This document shows positions 17,007-26,200 of a stretch of DNA of 64,000 nt, one piece after another. Numbering within the stretch: position 1 is the first letter of the stretch; each line of letters begins with the position of its first letter. Made by a program: the position numbers and the translations under genes. This DNA comes from a virus: IMG/VR virus record IMGVR_UViG_3300040770_000132. One strand, written 5' to 3'. The notes under the pieces were generated by a model that worked only from the letters and a program-made list of their open reading frames with translations, was not told where the DNA came from and did not search any database.

Positions 17007-17791
17007 TGAGTAAAACATTAGTAATAGGAGATATTCATGGTAATCATAAAGGTTTGTTACAGTGTTTAGAACGATCTAATTTTAATAATAGTATTGATAC
17101 ATTAATTTCTTTAGGTGATGTTGTAGATGGACACTGTGATAGTTTTGAAGTGATTGAAGAATTACTTAAAATTAAAAATTTGATTGCTGTTAAAGGTAAT
17201 CATGATGATTGGTTTAATAGTTGGATAGAAACTGGTATTAATCCTTCTAATTGGCAACAAGGACAAAAAGCTACAGGCTTAAGTTATTTGAAACATTCTA
17301 GACCTACTCAATCTTGGATGGGAGTTAATAATGGATTAACAGTATTTGAACCCGCTATTAGAAGTAATGATATTCCTGATAGTCATATTGCATTTTTTGC
17401 AAATCAATTACCATATTATAGGGATGATCAAAATAATATATTTGTACACGGTGGATTTAATAGACATTTTTACTTACGTGAACAAACGCCATACACATTT
17501 TGGTGGGATAGAGATTTATGGAGTCAAGCTTTGTCATTTGGTAATATGACTGCCGTAGAAGGTATATCTCAATCTAGATTTAAAATGATTGAAAATTTTA
17601 AAGAAGTTTTTATTGGTCATACAACTACTGAATGTTGGGGTGAAACTGAACCTATGAACGCTGCTAATATTTGGAATTTAGATACTGGTGGTGGAATGTT
17701 TGGTAAAGTTTCAATTATGGACATTGACACTAAGGAATTCTGGCAAAGCGATACTGGTAGAGAACTATATCCTGATTATTTAGGAAGATAA
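17006..17791 (+). CDS. Lambda-PP/ApaH-like Ser/Thr phosphatase family metallophosphoesterase
   Basis: Motifs VIGDIHGNH, LGDVVDGH, KGNHDDW, VHGG and IGHT. Confidence 0.8.
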   Translation: MSKTLVIGDIHGNHKGLLQCLERSNFNNSIDTLISLGDVVDGHCDSFEVIEELLKIKNLIAVKGNHDDWFNSWIETGINPSNWQQGQKATGLSYLKHSRPTQSWMGVNNGLTVFEPAIRSNDIPDSHIAFFANQLPYYRDDQNNIFVHGGFNRHFYLREQTPYTFWWDRDLWSQALSFGNMTAVEGISQSRFKMIENFKEVFIGHTTTECWGETEPMNAANIWNLDTGGGMFGKVSIMDIDTKEFWQSDTGRELYPDYLGR

Positions 17792-17809
17792 TAATATAAA
17801 ACAACTGAA

Positions 17810-18388
17810 ATGATTGATAATATAAAATTAATTTTACCTTTTTTAAAATTTGAGTCAAAAGATGATTTTTATTATCTTCAAATTCTGCAACGTAAAAAAG
17901 AAAATCCTCAAATAGGAAGTAATTCAAGAGTTATCAAAAACTATTATATTACATCTGAACAATATTTGTTAGATAGATATGATGAAATTACTACAATGTG
18001 TTGTATGTTTAATGCCAGAGCAATGATTCGTTTAAATAAACGTTCATTTGAAAAAGTTGGATTTAAATGTATGACTAATTTAGCTAATACTATGATGAAC
18101 AAAGAATATAGCTTTCTTAAAGCATCATATGATAGAGCATGTGGTTTAGGTCATAATGATTCTGAAAAAAAATGGATCTTGGATATTGATGAAGATATTA
18201 CTAATCATTTATTAATAGTAGATTATATTATAGATATTGAACCAAAAGGTCAAAAAGTATATGATATGATTAAAAGTAAAAATGGAGGTCATCTAATAAC
18301 AAAACCTTTTAATTTAGAAAAATTTAGATTAAAATATCCAGAAATTGAAGTTCATAAAGATAACCCAACTAATTTATACATACCTTAA
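17810..18388 (+). CDS. Hypothetical protein
   Basis: ORF of 192 aa with no motif I recognise. Confidence 0.5.
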   Translation: MIDNIKLILPFLKFESKDDFYYLQILQRKKENPQIGSNSRVIKNYYITSEQYLLDRYDEITTMCCMFNARAMIRLNKRSFEKVGFKCMTNLANTMMNKEYSFLKASYDRACGLGHNDSEKKWILDIDEDITNHLLIVDYIIDIEPKGQKVYDMIKSKNGGHLITKPFNLEKFRLKYPEIEVHKDNPTNLYIP

Positions 18389-18537
18389 TGAAAAAAGTAA
18401 TATTTACATTTGAAACTGAAGAAGATTACGCTACTTTTATTAAAGAAGCTGTAGAAGCTGTTAAACCAGAAGTTGGTACAGTTACAATTACTGATGGAAC
18501 TATCGAAGTTCACATCACTGACCTATTAAAACAATAA
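18388..18537 (+). CDS. 49-aa acidic micro-ORF
   Basis: MKKVIFTFETEEDYATFIKEAVEAVKPEVGTVTITDGTIEVHITDLLKQ. The start overlaps the upstream stop (TAATG). Confidence 0.35.
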   Translation: MKKVIFTFETEEDYATFIKEAVEAVKPEVGTVTITDGTIEVHITDLLKQ

Positions 18538-18538
18538 T

Positions 18539-18640
18539 ATGAAAAGATATAAAAACGCATGCACAGATCGTGAAGATTCTAATTACTGCAATCAACATCT
18601 TGAAACTTGTAGTAATCCAAACTGCTTTCAGCATAACTAA
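18539..18640 (+). CDS. 33-aa Cys-rich micro-ORF
   Basis: MKRYKNACTDREDSNYCNQHLETCSNPNCFQHN. It starts 1 nt after the previous stop. Confidence 0.3.
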   Translation: MKRYKNACTDREDSNYCNQHLETCSNPNCFQHN

Positions 18641-18650
18641 ATTATAATAA

Positions 18651-18926
18651 ATGATATACGAAATATTAATTATGTTAGGATTAACTATCCTACAAAACGC
18701 AAGTTTTACTTTAGTAAGTAGAGCTAGAAATAGTAACAGTATTAAGTACCATACAATAGCTTCAGTGCTATCTAATGGTATTTGGTTATTGGTGATTAGA
18801 CAAGTTGTTACAAACTTTGATAACTGGATATTAATGCTAACTTATTTAGTAGGTTCAGTTATTGGTAGTATCAGTATGCACTATGTTGCTATGAAGTATT
18901 TTGAAAAACCTAAAATTAAAAAATAA
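18651..18926 (+). CDS. Small integral membrane protein
   Basis: ORF of 91 aa with about three hydrophobic helices (ILIMLGLTIL, GIWLLVI, LMLTYLVGSVIGSI). Confidence 0.5.
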   Translation: MIYEILIMLGLTILQNASFTLVSRARNSNSIKYHTIASVLSNGIWLLVIRQVVTNFDNWILMLTYLVGSVIGSISMHYVAMKYFEKPKIKK

Positions 18927-18999
18927 TGAAAAACTCAATTGATAGTGAATATAATGATGAATCTGATATAAATTTCTATAATAGATAAATATTAAACAC

Positions 19000-19050
19000 A
19001 AAAAAAAGGCAGTAACCGTATCTTTAGATATAGCTACTGCCTTTTTTTTT
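19000..19050. terminator. Bidirectional intrinsic terminator at the convergence of the two arms
   Basis: The A8 run (19000-19007) and T9 run (19042-19050) flank the GGCAGTA / TACTGCC stem, with a further partially paired interior. Confidence 0.65.
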
Positions 19051-19058
19051 AGACCCTT

Positions 19059-22000
19059 TTAATTATTCATTATTTTGTAAAATACACCCTCTTCATATGG
19101 CGCTAATAAACCTCTATTCATACCTTGAAGTACGCTTTCTGCATTTTTATCAGGTCTCATTGCTCCTGGAATAACAACCTTTTCAAAAACCTTATAAGCT
19201 CTTGATGTACCATCTTCAGTTTCAGAAAACCAAAGCCCTGGTGATACTGTAAATTTAGCTACATTTAGCAAATCTTCAATTAAGTTCATAGAAGCAATTG
19301 GATTTTTAGTAACTTTTTGAGCATCATTTGGATCGCTATAAAAAGATAATTCTTGCTCAAGTCGTCTAGATAGCATAGCTAAGTAAATTATTGAATCATC
19401 ATCATCTGCTCCACCAGCCATACCTACCATTAATGGTACGATGATAGTTTGTAACATTATTAATACACTTGCTTCAAGTAAACCTTTTCTAATATTAGCT
19501 TTCTCATATTCAGTTAAAGTATTCCAATCTTTACTAATCATGTCAAATTTCATTTTAACTAAGTTTTGAACTAGACCTCTAGTTATAAATCTAAATGTAG
19601 TTACATAAAACCCTTCTTCATACTGTTGGAGTGATTCATTCCAGTGTCTATCATCAGCTGATAAATCATCTCTTTTAGTAAGAGCTTTAGCAAAACCTCG
19701 GTATCTAGTTACACCTAATGGTATTATAAACTTTTTATACATCATAACAAGTTGACCTATCCAATACTTTTGTATTTCTGTTTGAAAGTTTTTATCATAT
19801 TCACCCATTGAGTCAAATATCTTTTTCTTTATAAACAGTCTTACATTTTCTAAACCACCTTCGTCAAATTTAGTTGCAGTACTTTTATCAGTATATGTAA
19901 ATTTATTATTAAACTTAACCTGTTTAGTATCAGGATCTTGTTCAACCATATCAAATAATGATGCTGCAGATTTAGTATCTGTAACAGTACCATCAGCTTT
20001 GATATACTGACCTTTATCATTCATAACTTTAGTAGACTTAAGCAACGCCATATTAAGCACAGATTGTATCATGTGTTCACCTCCAGTTTGTAAAACCTGT
20101 AATGTACTAGGATCAGTTATACTTTTAAGTATAGTATTTTTAATAAAGTCATTTTGCTCGTGTGTTAAACCCCCAAATACATCTGTTAGTAGGTTTAGCT
20201 GATTAACTAAAGAATGTTTAGTAGGTCGACCTGTATCAGCTAATATATTAGGTAAATCTTTAGCATAAGCTAAGTGAGCTGATTTAAGATTACTTGCACT
20301 AATATCTCCACCAACTTTAAGTAAAAATGTCTGAAATTCAGCATTCATTACGTTGACAGGAGCATTAAAGTAGTTAATAGTCATACCTAAAAACGAAGTA
20401 TGTTTATTTACCGATTGAACAATTTTATTAACATCTTTACCACCTATTTTAAAAGATTCTTCTGTAAATACATTATACAATGTTTGATTGATAATAGTTT
20501 GAAGTCTTTTATATTCGTTAGATTCTACACCTTTTTTAGTAACATATTTAGTTTTAACTCCAAGTAGATTTGAAACAAAATTATTAGTTCCAGGTTTAGT
20601 CTTTAAATATGTCTTCTCTCTAGATATATCAACAAATGCGTTTAAGATAACTTCACTCTTAGATTTAACTTTAAAATTAACTTGGTTATGGTTTTCTAAT
20701 CTCATTAATGTTAATAAATCAAATGATTGGTCAGCCAATAACTGTTTATGTTTTTCAGGATCTTGAACTCTAGAAATATTGTTTCTATAATGGATTGGAA
20801 TATTAAATATTCTAGTACCATCATGTTTGTACATTTCTTCAGTATTCTCTAAATCATCTAATTTCCAATCTGTAAAGTTAGATATAGATTGCTTAACAGT
20901 ATCTTTAACATTAATTCTATCAGTCATAACTCTTTCAAGTTTAGATACTGTAGCGTAAGGTAATGAGAAGTATTCTGCTGAAAAACTAGTTTTTATTAAA
21001 GAGTTATTTGTACCAAACACCATTTCACTATTTCTAGCTAATGTCATATATTCATCATAAATAGCTTGCTCACTTTTGGTGAACTTTAAATCATTTTTGT
21101 ACTTAGGATGAGGTTGAATAATTTTGTTGACTGTAACGGTATTTTCATCACGCCAAGTTTTCAGTTTTCTATACAAATCATTTACATCTGCAAATTGATT
21201 AATCTCGAACTCTTGAAAACCATTAGCTCTATGTTTTTCTTTTAAAACATTTACTTCATCTAACATTTTAGAGTATTCGTTAATATACTTATCTCTAAAC
21301 TTGATGGAATACTTACCTTTTACAAATACTTCTCCTGAGTCACTTTTATCATATAAATTAGTTATATCGTATTTACCACGTTCTTTAACTAAATTTGAAT
21401 GTAACTTATCTAAAACAAAATCATTATCTCTAACTAACTTATCAATCGTAGTCTTCATTTTAGTTATAACCTTAGTTACAATTTGTATAAGTCTAGATTT
21501 GGTATTTAAAGAAGATAACAATAAATGGTCAAATCCGTCAATATCTGCGGATAAACCACCTATAACTTCATCTATATCATTTTCAACTAATGCATCAAGC
21601 TCGTTTTTTCTAAGTATAACTTGCTCATTGACCCACTCTTTCTTAGATTTAGAAGAATTCTGAGGATAACCTTTACCAACTTCTTCTCTAAAATTTTGCA
21701 CAGCTATTTCAGAATAATAAGAACTTCTTAATTCCTTTCTAAAAGCTTCTATAGTATGAGTTCTAAACTTAGACTTAATTTGATCATGCATTCCGGAAAC
21801 CATAGTTAGCTTATCTTGAATAGCATTTATGATATCTAAATCTGCTTGAAGTAGATCTTTAGTTCTAGTGTCATTCAAAGTATCCATAATTGGAGTAAGT
21901 AAATCACTTGCTCCTAAATAAGATTTATATCTTTCAATAGTTTCAAGTTTTTCTAATTCTCCAGTCGTACTAGAAGTATTAATGGTTTTATAAATATGCT

Positions 22001-23264
22001 CAATTTGAGCAATCATAAAATCGGTGTAGTGATTTATAGCATCAAACTTATTAGTTTTTAGAGCTTTATTTACTTCTACATCTAACTTCTTAATTGAAGC
22101 TAAGAACGCTTTATTTTTAGTACCAGACTTTTTACTAGCTGATTGAGCTCTACTAATAATGTTACTAATGTTATTTAACTGACTATTAGTTAGCAAATCA
22201 ATTTGATTTTGCAATGTAGCACTTTCAGGCTTATTAACCTTATTGAAAAACTCTGTAGCAAACTTATTATATCTAGGGTCATACACTCTAGTACCAGTCC
22301 AGTTAGATGAATTTCTAGTTGCAAAATCTTGAACTGTTTCAAATAGTATAGCTGATTTAATTAACTCGTTGTTTAAAATAGACCTAGACATCCCAAATAA
22401 ACGTCTTACATTATCTACAAACTGATTCCACCAAGTTTTCTCAATATTTTGGAGTTCTTTTCTAAATTCAGGATTTGAAAATATTTCAGCAATAAATTCA
22501 GCTTGATTAGTAAAACCATACATTAAATTACCTTCACTGTTGCGTTTTAAAGAAAGATATTTGTATTGAGCATATGATTTATCAATGAACGCTTTAAACT
22601 CTTTCTCATCAAACGATTTAGGATTAAAATAAGCTTTAACTGTAGTACTATGTACAACCTCATGTATTAAAGTAGAAGCTAAAGTTGCTGCACTAAAGTT
22701 TTCTAATGCTGTATCAGTAACATAAATAGTATTAGTTATACTATCAAACATCATTACTGAGTTAGAATCAAACTTATCGTATATAGCTCTGTTTGAAGTT
22801 TTAGTAACTACTTTTAAAGTTGCTCCAGACTTATATAATAAGTTCATAGCTTGTTGTAAAAAGAATCCTACGTTCTCAGTGCTTTCAAATACATTGCTTG
22901 ATATTAAGTTTGTTAATACATTATTAATAGGTAAACTATTAACTTCATTGCTACCAAATAGTAACTCTTTGTTTTTATTATCACTTTTTTGAACAACTGG
23001 TTCAGAATTAGTTTTGTTTTCAAATATTGAATCTACACTTTCAGAAGTTACATCTGAAAAATCAAACCCTACTGTATTATTTTCAATTTTATCTACTATT
23101 AGAGTTTTATCAGATTTAATAACATCTTTTAACTCAGGATAAGTGTCTAAACCATATTTGTCCTGAAAGATAGAAATTCTAGCCTTCAGGATTAATGGAT
23201 TTAATTTTGATTGTTCTAGAAGCTCTTTATATTGAGCATCATTTATATTTATGCAATTTGCCAT
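19059..23264 (-). CDS. Large virion-associated protein with a zincin (HExxH) metalloprotease-like motif
   Basis: ORF of 1401 aa. LIHEVVHS is encoded at 22650-22664, with Glu residues about 18-20 aa downstream (FDEKEF). It is the last gene of the late operon. Confidence 0.55.
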   Translation of the reverse strand: MANCININDAQYKELLEQSKLNPLILKARISIFQDKYGLDTYPELKDVIKSDKTLIVDKIENNTVGFDFSDVTSESVDSIFENKTNSEPVVQKSDNKNKELLFGSNEVNSLPINNVLTNLISSNVFESTENVGFFLQQAMNLLYKSGATLKVVTKTSNRAIYDKFDSNSVMMFDSITNTIYVTDTALENFSAATLASTLIHEVVHSTTVKAYFNPKSFDEKEFKAFIDKSYAQYKYLSLKRNSEGNLMYGFTNQAEFIAEIFSNPEFRKELQNIEKTWWNQFVDNVRRLFGMSRSILNNELIKSAILFETVQDFATRNSSNWTGTRVYDPRYNKFATEFFNKVNKPESATLQNQIDLLTNSQLNNISNIISRAQSASKKSGTKNKAFLASIKKLDVEVNKALKTNKFDAINHYTDFMIAQIEHIYKTINTSSTTGELEKLETIERYKSYLGASDLLTPIMDTLNDTRTKDLLQADLDIINAIQDKLTMVSGMHDQIKSKFRTHTIEAFRKELRSSYYSEIAVQNFREEVGKGYPQNSSKSKKEWVNEQVILRKNELDALVENDIDEVIGGLSADIDGFDHLLLSSLNTKSRLIQIVTKVITKMKTTIDKLVRDNDFVLDKLHSNLVKERGKYDITNLYDKSDSGEVFVKGKYSIKFRDKYINEYSKMLDEVNVLKEKHRANGFQEFEINQFADVNDLYRKLKTWRDENTVTVNKIIQPHPKYKNDLKFTKSEQAIYDEYMTLARNSEMVFGTNNSLIKTSFSAEYFSLPYATVSKLERVMTDRINVKDTVKQSISNFTDWKLDDLENTEEMYKHDGTRIFNIPIHYRNNISRVQDPEKHKQLLADQSFDLLTLMRLENHNQVNFKVKSKSEVILNAFVDISREKTYLKTKPGTNNFVSNLLGVKTKYVTKKGVESNEYKRLQTIINQTLYNVFTEESFKIGGKDVNKIVQSVNKHTSFLGMTINYFNAPVNVMNAEFQTFLLKVGGDISASNLKSAHLAYAKDLPNILADTGRPTKHSLVNQLNLLTDVFGGLTHEQNDFIKNTILKSITDPSTLQVLQTGGEHMIQSVLNMALLKSTKVMNDKGQYIKADGTVTDTKSAASLFDMVEQDPDTKQVKFNNKFTYTDKSTATKFDEGGLENVRLFIKKKIFDSMGEYDKNFQTEIQKYWIGQLVMMYKKFIIPLGVTRYRGFAKALTKRDDLSADDRHWNESLQQYEEGFYVTTFRFITRGLVQNLVKMKFDMISKDWNTLTEYEKANIRKGLLEASVLIMLQTIIVPLMVGMAGGADDDDSIIYLAMLSRRLEQELSFYSDPNDAQKVTKNPIASMNLIEDLLNVAKFTVSPGLWFSETEDGTSRAYKVFEKVVIPGAMRPDKNAESVLQGMNRGLLAPYEEGVFYKIMNN

Positions 23265-26200
23265 TTATTTACAATTTAATTTTTGCCACTCTATTGTAGC
23301 TTTTTCTTCATCTGTAAGTTCACTTAGTTCGTTCTCACTACCTTTAATTTTAATAGTTTCAGGATTTTTAGTTTCAGTTTCAGCAGTTTCAAATTCAGTT
23401 AAAGGTTCTTTAATTACAATTTGTTCTTGACCAAATTCATCAGTTTGTACAGTTTGATTGTTATCATCATTAATCTCAGCTAAAGCTATATCTAAACTCA
23501 TAATTGTTTCAGGTGTAAGTGTTGCATCTGTTGATAAAGCTATCCTGCTAGAACTATAATTGTTAATTGAAATACCTTTATCTCGTTCAGAAACAACCGG
23601 TGCAATTAATGCATAACCACCTTCAACTTTTACATATCTAGTATATATATTTTCAGACACACCTTTAACCTCTCTAGTACCAACTCTTTTATAGTATTCA
23701 CCTTTCATATTTAAGTACTCCTTAGTTACACCAGCGTTAAACAATGTTAAACCTTCCTTCAAATAAGGTTGACCTTTCATTAACATACCTTTGTTAACAT
23801 ACTTTACAATTTGACTATCTTCTAAATTAGATAAGTAAAAGTGGTCTATGAAGTTTTGGTCAACACTTCCCGGATGATTTACAAAGCTTTTAATATAACT
23901 ATTAAAATCATTTTGGAAAAAGAAACTTGGTGGTATAAACTGAAAGAAACTAACAACGTTATTGTTAAATCCAGATGTTAAGAATGAATATCTTATCAAG
24001 TCCGTACCAATTTCAGGATAATACTTAATTAAATCTCTCCAAGAATTAATCATACTATCTGTATATTCTTTAGAGTTAGTTTTATTATCTAAAGTAATAT
24101 AAAGTCTTTTCTCAGTTTTCTTGACATTAAGTTCATCAATTATTTTATATTTACCAGCATATTTATTTTTAAATTCAATAAACCTTACAGGAAAGTTTTC
24201 TATAATTTCAGATTTCTCAGCATTACTTAAGTTAAAAGGTTCAAATCCTGACATTAAATAAGTATTAAATACTTTATCAAGCTTATCTCCTAAACCATCT
24301 TGAACATCATCTTCTAAGTTAATACTGTAAATATTTTTAGAAACTTGATTGTAACTATTCCACACAAAAGGTGATGATGATACAAATAGTAAAGGATTGT
24401 TTTGAACTATATTTTGAGTACGGTCTAAGTTATTAGTTTTCAAATGTGATAAAAACTTAGGAGCACCGTCATCATAATACATTTTAGTATTATAGTTTAT
24501 TACACCTTTTTGTTCAATATTAGCTATCCTGTTTAAAGCTACTAATAGTTGAGTAGTATTCTTACCCATACCGTTTACACCGTGCTTAGAAGCGTCTATA
24601 CTTGATTTAAGTTTCTTTGAAAAACCTTGAAATTCTAAAAATGTATTAAACGTTTTAGCTTGGAATCTCATATCATATTTAAAAACATTCTCTCTAAGCG
24701 TACCTAAATCTACATCAATAATATAATCTTTAAAGTTTTCAGTAAAGAATATACCATGATTTCTAATAATAGGTTTAATAGATTCTTTTAACTGATCTAT
24801 ATCAGCTTCAGTAAACTTATGTTCTTTTGGTAAACCTACAGCTTCTTTAATTTTCTCTAAATTTCTAGGTGCTGTAAAATCTTTTTCACCAAGCTTATTT
24901 AAATCAAAGTTGTAAAGTGTTACAATATCATATAAAGCTCTAGCATTAATCTCAGCAACTTCCCCATTGTCAAATTTACTAATTGGTATTAAATCATTTT
25001 TAATCAATTCTCCGACTTTATAAATTCTAAAAGCATCTTTACTATTAGAAACCTGAGTTGATTTATCACGATTCTCGTATTGACTTGTAAACTCTATATA
25101 CTCGTTAATAATAGGTTGTGCTAAAAATGACATAACTACAAATGGATGAACACCTGCTCTAAGCATCATGTTACCAGTATTAGTAGTCATCATATTCCAG
25201 TTAACGTTTGTAATATACGGATCTTTTGCAATATCCACAAATGCATTCATTAAAGCTGAAATGTTATCACTGATTTCAAATGACTTATATGACTTAACCA
25301 TTTCAAATGTAAGTTTCTTTTTAGGATCACTTACTCTTTTATTATAAGATTCTAACCAAGATTTTAATTCAGCATCTGATATATCCATAGATTTTATTTT
25401 ATCAAACTTAGTTAAAGGTTTAACTACTTGATAAGGTCTACCATCTTTACCAATCATTGTTGATTCAAATGATTCACCTTGATGAGATCTTTCACCTAAA
25501 TTTACATCTTGTAAATACACGTTAGACATTGTACCCATTGCATAATCAGATGAAGTATTAGCTTCTTGACCAACACCTGCTAAACCTGCTAAGAATGAAT
25601 ACTTGGTTACGATATCTTGAATAAATTCATAATTGTCCAAATCACTTTTAGTTTTAGCTGGTGCTAAATTCTGAGCTTCCATTTTGATATGCTCGTGATC
25701 TAAAGATGTCATAATCTTAGTAATATTATCTTTGTGTAATATTAAAGTTTTGTATAACTCAATTACTTTATTTTGATTACCTTCTTTAGAACCATCTGAT
25801 GAATCAGTATATTTAAGCTTACCATCAACTTCTTTGTAGTTAGGAAACATTATATACATTTTATCAATATCAAAATCCGAACCAGTTTTCTTAGTAATAC
25901 CTGTAAAAGCTACAATAGTATCACCTGCGCCCGGAGGTAATATACCTACTACTTTCATAGCCCCATTAGACGAAGGTCCTTGGTTAGGAATACGATAACC
26001 TATTATGGTATCAAGGATTTTGTTATCAATCATTCCACCTTCGAGTTCTCCAGTTTCAAGATTTAATCTACCGAACAATTCTTCAGAACTAAACTCTTCA
26101 TAGTTTGGAATATACTTAGCTATAAATGAACCAGATATTAATATTTCTTCTGGTACAATAACTGGATCACCAAATATGTTAGTTACTATTTCACCATTAA

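Noticed and set aside
17346-17549. A 67-aa same-strand ORF in an alternative frame inside the lambda-PP-like phosphatase gene.
   Set aside because: The phosphatase frame carries all the canonical motifs across this region. The alternative frame is Ile/Leu/Tyr-rich noise.
21301-21663. Plus-strand ORFs nested inside the giant minus-strand genes. Examples: 21301-21663, 28669-28920, 30800-31156, 33143-33355, 34412-34669, 35260-35478, 37613-38518, 40388-40573, 41936-42157.
   Set aside because: They are antisense shadows of long ORFs, with hydrophobic low-complexity products and no independent signals.
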